Shown here: in pieces, positions 13,501 through 25,732 of the stretch
How positions within the stretch are numbered: position 1 is the stretch's first letter
Layout: every line of letters starts with the position of its first letter
DNA from: Octopus vulgaris
Lineage: Eukaryota
Assembly (NCBI GenBank): GCA_951406725.2
Contig: OX597817.1
Location: 152,024,001-152,088,000 of the forward strand
Direction of reading: 5' to 3'
Length of the DNA stretch: 64,000 nucleotides
The notes under the pieces: generated by a model
The model's input: the letters and a program-made list of their open reading frames with translations, nothing else
Database searches by the model: none
What the model was told of the DNA's origin: nothing
Made by a program: the position numbers and the translations under genes

Positions 13501-16500
13501 AAATATAATAGATATCATGACTAAAGTTAATCTCATCGTTTTTTATTTTAAAAATAATAATGAAATTATTGTATACAGTGCTCAGGTGCACCACAACTTG
13601 TCAAAAGTGCATATAAAGCATATGCAGTAATGTACAAATGTCTGGAAAGTGAACAGTGTATGTGTCAGATACATGCTTGCGTGTGTATGGAGGGGAGAAA
13701 ATCAGGTGTAGTGTTGGCGAATCTCAGGAAGCATGGAAGTTTAGAAGGATGCAGTGCTCTAACAACTGACGCCAGCAGTTTGTTCCATGCTTCAGCAACT
13801 CTTAGCGTGAAAAAATGTTTCCAAAAGTCAAGGGAGCTGTGCTGTTTTCTGACTTTGTAAACATGTCCATGGGTTTTAGACAGGTGGAGTTTGAATCATT
13901 TTAAGCAATATTTTCTCTTTGTGAGGTGGTTGGGTCCACTTTGCAGGGTAGATGATGTTAGGAAGGGCATCCAGTCATAAAACCAAGCCAATACAAATAC
14001 AGAAGTCTGGTGCAGTCTTCTGCTTGGCCATGGAAAATGGATGTTAAACAATGATAAGGAGGCACATGGCCTAGTGGTTAGAGCAGCGAACTCGTAGTCA
14101 AGGGATCATGGGTTCGAATTTCAGACCGGGCGATGTGTGTGTTTATGAGTGAAACACCTAAGCTCCATGCAGCTCTGGCAGGAGGTAATGGCGAACTTCT
14201 GCTGACTCTTTCACCACAATTTTCTCTCACTCTTTCCTCCTGCATCCTGCAGCTCATCTGCGATAGACCGGCGTTCCGTCCTGGTGGGGAACCTATATGC
14301 CAAGGAAACTGGGAAACCAGCCCTTATGAGCCAGGCATGGCTCGAGAAGGATGAGGATATATACACACAGTGGGATTCTTTCAGTTTTCACCTACCAAAT
14401 TCACTCACAAGACCTTGATCTACCCAAGGCTAGAGTAAAAAACACTTACCCAAGGTACCATGAAGTTGGACTGAACCTGGAACCAAGTAGTTGGAAAGCA
14501 AGCCTCTTGCCACACAGCAACATCTGTGCCTATTATATACCTCCCATGATGATCATTGTTGTTGACCATTTGATTACACTTTTCCATGTTTGCCTGAGTC
14601 TGACATAATTCATTGAGATGGGTTTTCTATTGCCAGAAGACTGCCTGGTTGCCAACTCTCACTTGTTTCTAAGCAAGGTAATATTTCCCCATCACCAGGA
14701 AGACAGGAAATGGACAACACCACTTGTATTACAGTAGCACTTACTCTCTTTTACTCACTTTTACTCTTTTACTTGTTTCAGTCATTTGACTGTGGACATG
14801 CTGGAGCACCGCCTTTAGTTGAACAAATCAACCCCACGACTTATTTACTTTTAAGCCTCGTACTTATTCTTATTGGTCTCTTTTGCCGAACTGCTAAGTT
14901 ATGGGGACATAAACACACCAGCATCGGCTGTCAAGCGATGCTGGGGGACAAACACAGACACACAAAAGTATACACACACACATACACACACACATATATA
15001 TATGTGTGTGTGTGTGTGTGTTTGTGTTTGTCCCCCCACCATTGCTTGACAACTGATGCTGGTGTGTTTAAATCCCATAACTTAGCGGTTCAGCAAAAGA
15101 GGTCAATAGAATAAGTACTAGGCTTACAGAGAATAAGTCCTGGGGTCAGTTTGTTCAACTAAAGATGGTGCTCCGGCATGGCTGCAGTCAAATAACTGAA
15201 ACAAATAAAATAATAGTCTTATAGTTTTATAGACACAGGCGTGGCTGTGTGGTAAGAAGCTTGCTTCCCAAACACATGGTTCCAGGTTCAGTCCCACTGC
15301 ATGACACCTTGTGTAAGTGCCTTCTACTATAGCTTCAGGCCGACCAAAGTCTTGTGAGGGAATTTGGTAGATGGAAAATGAAAGAAGCCTGTCATATATA
15401 TGTATATATTTGTGTGTCTGTTTGTCACCCCACCCAACCACTCACCAATGCTTGACACCCGATGCTGGTGTGTTTACATTCCCATAACTTAGTAGTTTGT
15501 CAAAAAGAGATCAATAGAATAAGTACTAGGCTTCCAAAGAATAAGTCCTGGGGTTGATTTGTTCAACTAAAGGTGGTGCTCCAGCATGTTTCAAATGACT
15601 GAAACAAGTAAAAGAATAAAAGAATAGTTTTTTAAAATCATTAATCAACAACAAATTTCTTTTCGTGAATTACAACTATGGTTTTTATTATGACTTTTTG
15701 AAATACCAATGTGGAATGAAAATGGTCATTATGACCCAATGTGGAGCAATACTCCCATTGGAGCTTAAAAACCATTGAAAGACAACAAAAGCTTAGGAAA
15801 GCCATACATATAACACTCGTAGTCATCACCTGCGGCAAACAGCTTCATCCCAGTATGAATTCTTATTGATGCCGGAAAACTTACATAGTCTTCTTATAAT
15901 ACAGTTGTGTATATGTGATAATACCATTAATCAATGCTTACAACTACAGTTTCCCCTAATATTAAATCATTGCTTTGATACAAGGTTTTGGGGTGTTAAT
16001 TAGGTAATTGCTTCAATTTCCAAAATATTACTGGTACTCGTGTTTTTGATCACAGATTCACAGCTGGTACCATCACTGTGCTTCAAATAGGATTTGAACT
16101 CAGAATATAAAAGGGTTCAATTAAATGCCACAGGTACTGGTATGGCTGTGTGGTCAAGAAGTTTGCTTCCTGACCATGTGGTCTTGGGTACAGTGCCATT
16201 GGGCAACACCTTGTCCAAGGTGCTAGCTAGTGGGACCGAACCGTGTCTTCTAACTGAACAAATGTCTTCTACTATAGCCCCAAGCCTTGTGAGTGGACTT
16301 GGTAGGTGGAAACTGAAAGAAGCAGCGAGCTGGCAGAAATGTTAGCACGCCGGGCAAAATGCTTAGCGATATTTCGTCTGCAGCTACGCTCTGAGTTCAA
16401 ATTCTGCCGAGGTCAACTTTGCCTTTCATCCTTTCGGGGTCGATTAAATAAGTACCAGTTATGCACTGGGGTCGATATAATCGACTTAATTCGTTTGTCT

Positions 16501-19500
16501 GTCCTTGTTTGTCCCCTCTGTGTGTAGCTCCTTGTGGTTAGTAAAGAAATAGGAAACTGAAAGAAGCCCATCATATAGTGCATGTGCATATGTCTATGTA
16601 TTTGTGTATGTGTGTGTAATGTGCTTTTGTGTGTACTCTTGTCTTGACATCATTTGATGATTGTAGACAAGCATCACCATCATACAAGAGAGGTTTTTCA
16701 TTTCCAGTCTTCTATGAATAACATGTCTAGCTTTAGGAAAATATTGTCTTATTTGGAAACAGGTGAGGATTAGTAGCAACAAGGGCATTCAACCATAGAA
16801 AATTTGCCTCAGCGAATTCTGTCTGACCCCCAACAAACAAGGGGAAATGGACGTTAAATGATGATGAAAGTATTTCATCAGGCAATTTCCCAGTTTGGTT
16901 ATTCACTGCTTTTCCATTTGTTGTTGTCATTTAGCTCTCGGTATGACAGTAAGTGGTATGGTAGTTTGGGTGTTAGTTTATGGTCATTTGGTTGTGGATT
17001 TGATTCTGGGACCAAAACACAAGTCAATACTTACCACTCTGTTACAACCACTAAGCATGAGTGAACAATTGGATCTCTACATAAAGTCTGCAAAAGATAT
17101 CCACCAGATTTCCCCTCAAGTCACATCTAACACCTTAATAAATGAACTCAATGGATAATGTAGTCCTAGGAGTAATATACCATCAAGAAAAGGATGAGAT
17201 GATTATGGTTTGAACATCTATGGTTACAGGCCTACTTAATCAGGACTGACCTGGGGTTAAAAAAACAGCAACAGCCACTCGGCTACTGATGTACAATGAG
17301 TCCTCTCTCTCTCTCTCATGACTTCGTTGTGATCCTGGCTTGGGGATATTTTGTTATTGAGGTTAACTCATCTATATATACACTACTGGATGGCTGTTGA
17401 CTCTTTGACAGGTCTTGTTTTTCACCTCAGAGGGTGTCCAAATCCCCCTCTTTACCAAGCAAGCTTGTTGGAGTTGCTGGCTTTGTCGTCAACAACCCAA
17501 AAATGCAACATGTTGCACTGGGTTACATGTTACCAGTAGCACTCAAGAGTGACCTAACTAAGCCCTACACACATAATTCATCATCGTTATTTAACATCCA
17601 TGTTCTATACTGGCATAGGTGGAATGGTTTGACAGGGTCTGATAGACCCAGGCATTAAATATTCATGTTTTTAAATTTTTTATTTTGTAATAATTAATCA
17701 TCACTAGTTTAACACTAATTTAATACTGTAATTATTTGTTACAGAGTAGACCTAGAATTTTCTACTGACCATGGTCTAACTTGGAATAAATTACATGATC
17801 ACTGTTTACCTGGAACCTGTAATGGTCGGTTCATGTCATTACATTCTTCTTATGAAACGTCTGATTTTGACCTGTAAGTACTTTATTCTTCAACATTTGT
17901 TGCAAATGTGTATTTTCTTGCTAGACTGCTTTCAATTCCAGACAGCTTTCTTTTTGATTTGTTCAGCTGTATTTTCAACTATTCATTTAATAATAGCATT
18001 TTCTTGCTGCAGTATATTTTTCTCCCTTCCAAGTCTTGGTTTCATTATTTAAATAATAACAACAACAATAACAATAGTGATGATAATATAATACAAATTG
18101 TAATAATAGTGATGAAAATAATAATAATAATAATCGGTGATAACAACAAAAATAATATTAATACTGATGAAAATAATGTAATAACAATAAAAATAATAAT
18201 GGTGATGAAAATAAGTGGTAATAATAATAATAATAGCAATAAAAATAATAATATTGATGACAATAATAATAATAATAATAATAATAATAGAAAAGCAAAG
18301 ACAAAACTGAAGAACTCTCACTCATGTCGCTCATTTTTCAAAGTAGAATTTAAAATTATTCGAAATTTGCTGTCTTTGATCAGACTAATTCTTTTTGTCT
18401 TTGTACACTAATGAAGTGCTATTTTCATATTAAATATTTACACAATATTAATTACCAATATTAATTACAGTATTTTTTTTTTCCTTCAGCTCAGATGCAT
18501 AGAAAAATTCATGGTTACAAAAATTTCAAAACTTCCTACAAAATCTGCTTTTTCTTTTCTTCTTCTTGCTCACTTCTTTTTCCCTTATTTATTGATTTTT
18601 ATTTCTGTGTCTATGGCAACTCTTTTTAAATATTTCAGTTGGAAACGGTTTACATTACCTCTTCCAAATGGTGCCATGATGCCTTATGTGAGGTTTAGAT
18701 GGAGAAAGACTTCAGGTGGTGCTGCCAACTGGGCACTTGATAATGGTAAGTAATCCTGTAATTTTTTCGTTGGGTTTAGTCACTGACCATGCTGAGACAC
18801 CACTTTCAAGGCTTTTAGTTGATCAGATTGTTTTGTTTGTTCCTTCTTGAGCCATGCCTGGTTCATAAGGGCCGGTTTCCCAGTTTCCTTGGCATATAGG
18901 TTCCCCACCTGGACGGGACGCCAGTCCGTCGTAGGTGAGCTGCAAGATGCAGGAGGAAAGAGTAAGAGAAAGTTGTGGCAAAAGAGTCAGCAGAAGTTCA
19001 CCATTACCTTCTGCCAGAACTGCGTGGAGCTTAGGTGTTTCACTCATAAACACACGCATCGCCCGGTCTGAGATTCGAACCCGCAATCCCTCGACTGTGA
19101 GTCCGCTGCTCTAACCACTAGGCCATGTGCCTCCACCAGTTGATCAGATAGTCCTCAGTATTTACTTCAGTCTGCCACTTGCTTTATTGATATCTATTTG
19201 TCTGACTGCTAAGTTCTGGGTCATACAGTGACGTGACATAGTACCAGGTTTTAGGCTTAAAATTATAAGCATGTACGTAATAAATATACACTCATGCTGG
19301 AGCACTGCTTTGAAAGTTTAATTGAACAAATCAATGTCAGTACTTATTCTGTCAGTCTCTTTTGCCATACCATTGTAATTGGGACATAAACAAACCAGTA
19401 TTGGTTGTCAGGGTGTGGACAAACACCACACACACACACACACACACACACAACAGGCTTCCACATAGAATCCATCTAGTAAATTCACTCACAAGGGATC

Positions 19501-22500
19501 GGTCATTTTGGGGCTGTGGGATGACCGCAGCAGCTGGGGAGCTGACCGGAAGAGGAAGGGGCAGGAGTGATGCACGTGCAGGCAGGGGAGGATTGGGCCT
19601 TTTTCGATCGGGGTAGTCGATAGGGCTGGGCATGTGAGTGCTTCGACAAGGTAAGGGAAAAGCAGCTGCTATTTTTAGCGTTCAGGTCAGGCCACGTGGA
19701 AGGGTACGTTACCACCAGAGAGATCTGCGTTGATGAAGAGAAGGTAGGTGTCTTCAAATCTCCTGCATACACTACAGGGGCTATAGTAGAAGACATTTGC
19801 CCAAAATGCTATGTAGTGGGACTGAACCCAAAACCATGTGGTTGTAAAGCAAGTTTTTTAACTACACAGCTGTCCCTATGCATATATAATGAATAAAAAA
19901 GCCTTCTTCATTGGTTAATACTACTTTATTTAAACAAGAAGGGAGACAACTGTGAACATGTTTATGCCTTATTATGCCTTATTCATGGTGGGACAATTAC
20001 TGTGTAAATGCACAAGAAAGTGCACAACTAGGGATTGCTATACAGGAGATCCATGGGTGCCAGAGCAAGTAAGGAAACCAGTATGGTGGAGATGAGGTAT
20101 CAGGCTGTAATATTATATTTAGTTTTTAGAGTGGTCGAAAGTAGAATTAGTGAAGCAATGTACTACATACTTTTTGGTATTTAGTTACATCTCATTATAT
20201 TGTGAGTTCAACCCCCTCCAGGCCTGGTTATGTTTTTCATCTTTCTGTACCAGTAAAGTGTTTAATTTAATTGACTGTTGTTACCCTTCAAAATGTCTGG
20301 CCTTGTACCCTCATTAAGAAATATTGATTACTTCTTTATACTTGCAATAATTAATTGTATCAGTTGTTTGTGGTATATCGCTAACTTGATCCTTGACACT
20401 CTGTCCCTGCTATACGATGAAAGTACTTGAGAAAATTAATTATAAGAAAGAGAAAACAAAGAAGAATGTAAAACTAACCAGACTGAAGAATGTAAAAGTC
20501 TATATTTAAAACGACCATCACAAATATCTGCTTCAGCAAATGAGTTCAGATCAAATCTATTACCCAACAAATACAGAAAAAGAACACTCTAAATATATTT
20601 AACAATTACATACAGGATAACTTGACACTGAAATTGATACAAGATGGGAAAATGGACACATAATTAATCAACAAACTCTGACTTGGTCTAAATTGCAACA
20701 TATCTTTGCTTACATGTGTTTATCTATCCTCAAGTGTCTGCAGATATAGAATATATAAGAATCAAAGCTGCATCACTGAAATTTAGATAACAAGTTAGTA
20801 GAGTGTCTATTGGGTAATCACTTTTGCCTTGAAATGTGTAAGAGTTTAGTTTGTATGTAAGTATGTGAATTTCTTAACTGCACAGCCAGGCATGCATGGC
20901 TGTGTGGTTAAAAAATTCTTATCAAAACCATGTGCTTTTGATTTCAATCCCATTGTGTAGCACCTTGGGAAAGTGTCTTCTGTTAAAGCCCTGTGCCAAC
21001 CAAAACCCTTAATGAATTTGGTTGATGGAAAAAGAAGAAACCTGTCATACATATGTGTGTGTGCATGTGTGAAAATGTAACTGTAAGTATGGAAAAGTTG
21101 TAGGAGCGGAGGAACAGTATGAAATGTAATTTTTTTAATTTTCTCAGGTCAGATTATATGCAATAACTACCCTAGATTATTGCAGGCATGTGCTGCCTCA
21201 TTATTTCAACATTAGTTGTATGCTATCTTCAGATACCCATGTTAGTGAAAACTAAGTTTTATAATCAGTTGTGTCTGGGGAGAGTCATTTTCTTTTTGTG
21301 CCTTATAATGTAACACACTCACCGGTAAAATTTCCACTTATTTCTTATTTTTATTTTCCTAGAATCCTGCAAACCAAATCCAAAAACGAAATAAGTTTTA
21401 TAATATATTCCCAAGTTGTCTGCCATTACTAAATGATTCATGTAATCCCATATGACTAATATTACTGGACATTGGCAGTACAAGCACCATCCAAACATTT
21501 TCTTGTCATTTGAGGGTCCTTTGTAGTAGCAAATCAGAGGTAGCTTGTTTCAGATTTTTCTTAGAAGAATATATTTCAGATATGTCAGAGTGAAAATGTG
21601 TCCCTCAGTTTGTAGCTAAAATTGCATCATAAATGGAAGGCAATGGGTCAAAGGTAAAAGAAAGTGAATAATCTTTAGTGTGCTGACGATCTGAAGATTG
21701 TTGTTATATGGTGGATATTTTTAGACATAGCTCAAATATCAGATTGAAACAACTGGACACAGCTGTTCTGATGCTGATGACTTGCCACTGCTGACCGGAC
21801 ATTCAACTTGTTTTAATGACCATAGTTCATGGTGCCAAAGACAAACACACAAGCATGCTTATGCTTGCAGAAATATACACATACAGATGGAAAGGGTGAA
21901 AAAGAGATGGCAAGAGAGAGAGAGAGGGAAGAACATTACGATTTCTTAATTGGATATGACTGACATAAACACTTTACCTCACCTCAAACACATAAACAGA
22001 GAGGTGGAAAGAAAGGAAACAAGAAAAACATTAACATGTCTGATAACTCAGTATCAAAACAGCAACGCCAAACTGGCTGCACCAAAACTACTGAGCCAAA
22101 ATATTATATACCCTCAATGATATAAATTTGTATATACTAGCAGAAATACCTGTCATTGACTGGGTTCAGAAAGAGTTTTCAAAAATTATACCCTGATTTA
22201 TGAAAGTTACTGCTTCGATATTATTGGCTGTTTTGTAGCGGAATATCCGCAAGCTCTTATTGCCAGGTTTCGACCCCAAAACTTGTAATATTTTACTAAT
22301 GAGTCTGCTGATAGTCAGTCTCTTCAGCTCTTTCTCTTTTCCTACGCTGAGAATGCTTAGGTAGTCCAAATCTAATTTTTTTTCGGAGACATTGTATTAG
22401 GGTGAACTAATCTATAAGACAGGGGACTTAACTCATGTTAGCAAACTTATGGATTTCACTGACGTGAAAATTGGTAAAAGTTATGGTTGCAAAGCTATTT

Positions 22501-22934
22501 TTACCTCTATCTGGGGGTGCCACGGAAAAATAAGTTGACAAAAGCACAGCCATGGTCGTGACCAATGTCCTCCTAAAATTGGAGCAGCATGCATGCTAAT
22601 TTGTGGATGTGCATAAAGTACATTCACATACACTTACACACACACACAAACATCCTGCCTTCTATAGATATATATAATTAAGATAGGTGTTAAATAACCA
22701 CCTAAAGGATATTAAATATCCAAAGAACTTACTGTTTATTTACCTATATAAATAATATTGTTATGAACTACTGCTCATAACGGATAGGTAAGAAATAAAC
22801 AATCAGTTTATCAAAATATTAATATAAATTAGAAATGGAAACAAAATAATAAAATTTAATAACTTAATAACTTAATCATTATATGATAAATTCAATTTTA
22901 TTATTTCTATACAAACAAATTTATATTATATTAT

Positions 22935-22987
<53 letters not shown>

Positions 22988-23763
22988 CATCCAGCTGTAG
23001 AAACTTTGCCATATCAGTTGGAGCCTGGTGCAGTCTTCTGGCTCACCAGTCCTCAGTCAAACTGTCCAACCCATGCCAGCATGGAAAGCGGATGTTAAAT
23101 GACGATGATGATGATATATATAAAAAGTACCTTTGAATCGTGGGGCAACATTCCATCCTTGAGGAGACCTAGTGAGTCAAGTAAAACAAAATTAAATCAA
23201 ATCACAATCAAATGGAAATTATAGTTGTGGGTGTTACCAGTGCTGGTGGCACACAATAAGCACCATTCATTCATGCATGGGTCACTGCCAGAGCTGCCTA
23301 ACTGTCTCCCCATGCTGGTGGCACATAAAAAGCACCATCCGAACTTTTGGAGTGGTTGGCGTTAGGAAGGGCATCCAGTTGTAGAAACACTGGCAGATCA
23401 GACTGGAGCCTGGTGCGGCATCCTGGCTTGCCAGTCTCCAGTCAAACCGTCCAACCCATGTCAAAATGGACATTAAACAATGATGATGATAATATATATA
23501 TAAAATGAGGAAGGCTCATGCATTTTAAGACTCATATTATTTCCTAGTTTTCAGAAGGAAAAAATAATATATTTACCATTTATTACTAGACGTGGCTGTG
23601 TGATAAGAAGCTTGCTTCCTACCCACTTCGTTCCAAGTTCAATCTTACTGTGTAGCATTTTGAGCAAGTATCTTCTACAATAACCTTGGACCAACCAAAG
23701 CCTTATGAGTAGATTTGGTGGACAGAAACTGAAAGAAGCCCATTGTGTGTTTGGGTGGGTGTA

Positions 23764-23823
<60 letters not shown>

Positions 23824-25673
23824 TGTACATCATCATCATTTAACGTCTGCTTTCCATGCTGGCATAGGTAGGACGGTTTGATAAGAACTAATTAGCTAGG
23901 AGGCTGCACCAGGCTCCAATCTGATTTGGCAAGGTTTCTACAGCTGGATGCCCTTCCTAATGCCAACCACTCTGAGAGTGTAGTGGGTGCCTTTTATGTA
24001 CCACCAGCACAAGTGCCAGCTGGGCAGCACTGGCACTGGCCACACTTGAATGGTGCATTTTTACATGGCAGCACTGGCATCAGCCACACTCGAATGGTGC
24101 TTTTTACATGCCACTGGCGCAGGTGCCAATCAGACGGAACTGGCATTGGCCACAACTACAATTTCACTCAGTTCAACAGATCTTCACAAGCACGGCATAT
24201 TGCCCAACAATTGAAGGATGCTTTTAAACAGGCCAGTTATGTGACACTGGCATCAGTTGATCTCACTTGGCTTGTTGGGTCTTCTCAAGCATGACATTTC
24301 TACTAAAGTCTCAGTCGCTTATCATTGCCTTTGTGAAGCCCAACATTCAAAGGTCATGCTTCACCACCTTATCCCAGGTCTTCCTGAGTCTACCTTTACC
24401 ACAAGTTACCTCCACTGTTAGTGTGTGACACTTCTTCACACAGCTGTCCTCATTCATATGTATCACATGACCATACCAGCACAGTTGTCTTTCTTGCACA
24501 CTACATCTGATGCTTCTTATATCTAACTTTTCTCTCAGGGTGTTTACACTCTGTCATGCATGCACACTTACATTACACATCCAGCAAAGCATACTAGCTT
24601 CACTTCTTTCTAGCCTACACATGTCCTCATCCGTCACAGCCCATGTTTCACTGCCGTGTAATATCATCATCATCATTTAACATCTGTTATCCATGCTGGC
24701 AAACTGGAAGGTTGCACCAAACTCCAGTCTGATTTGGTATGGTTTCTATGGCTGGATACCCTTCCTAACGCCAACCACTCTGAGAGTATAATGAGTGCTT
24801 TTACATGTCACTGGCACAGGTGCCATTGGTGTGACACCAGTATCTACCATGCATATATATATATATATTGAAGGAAAGAAAATGGAGAAAAAGTTAATGT
24901 ATGAATAATCTATTTCTATGATATAAAAATGTTAAAAAGTTTTTTAAAAAACATAACAATACAGATATATTGGCTCTAAGCTGTACAGCTAAAAAAAGAT
25001 GTGAAAAGAATCGGTGCCCCAGCATGGTCACAGCTCATGAGCTGAAACTGGAAAAATCAAAAATCATATATGCACTAGTTGAAAAGGAATTCTAAGCATT
25101 TGGTTAAATGCTAAAAAAAGTTATCATTTTATAACTATATGGGGTAGTACCTCTTCAGGGTTATGATGAATTTATAGAACTTAGATTAACATTTTCCCTT
25201 TGAAGTGTATCTAGGAGGTGAACTTTAGATATTTATGAATATCTATAGCTCACCACCTAGATACACTTCAAAGGAAAACTGTTAACCAAAGTTCTATGAG
25301 CTCATCATAACCCTGAAGAGATATTACCCCATATAGTTAAAAAAAATGATACCTCTCTTAACATTTAACCAAATGTTTAGAATTCCTTTTCAACTAGGGG
25401 ATAGTACTGAAGCATATAAGTAGGGTTTTTTTCACATTTTTTTTAGCTGTACAGCTTATAGCCAATTTATTTGTATTGTCATGTTTTTAAAAAACTTTTC
25501 AACATTTTTATATCATACAAATAAATTATTCGCACATCCACTTTTTCTCCATTTTCTTTCCTTCAATATTAATAATATGCATTACTACAATAATCCCTAA
25601 CCTATAGCAGTGATTAACCAGTGGAATCTTTTGGATTATATAATCCCTAATGTGGATCTAACTTCCTGTTATT

Positions 25674-25732
<59 letters not shown>

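Noticed and set aside
14059-14135. tRNA gene
   Set aside because: The A/B boxes continue into a SINE body with dispersed copies, one of which has a TSD; no complete cloverleaf or terminator.
17908-18411. Asn/Ile-rich 167-aa ORF
   Set aside because: (AAT)n tract within the C-D intron.
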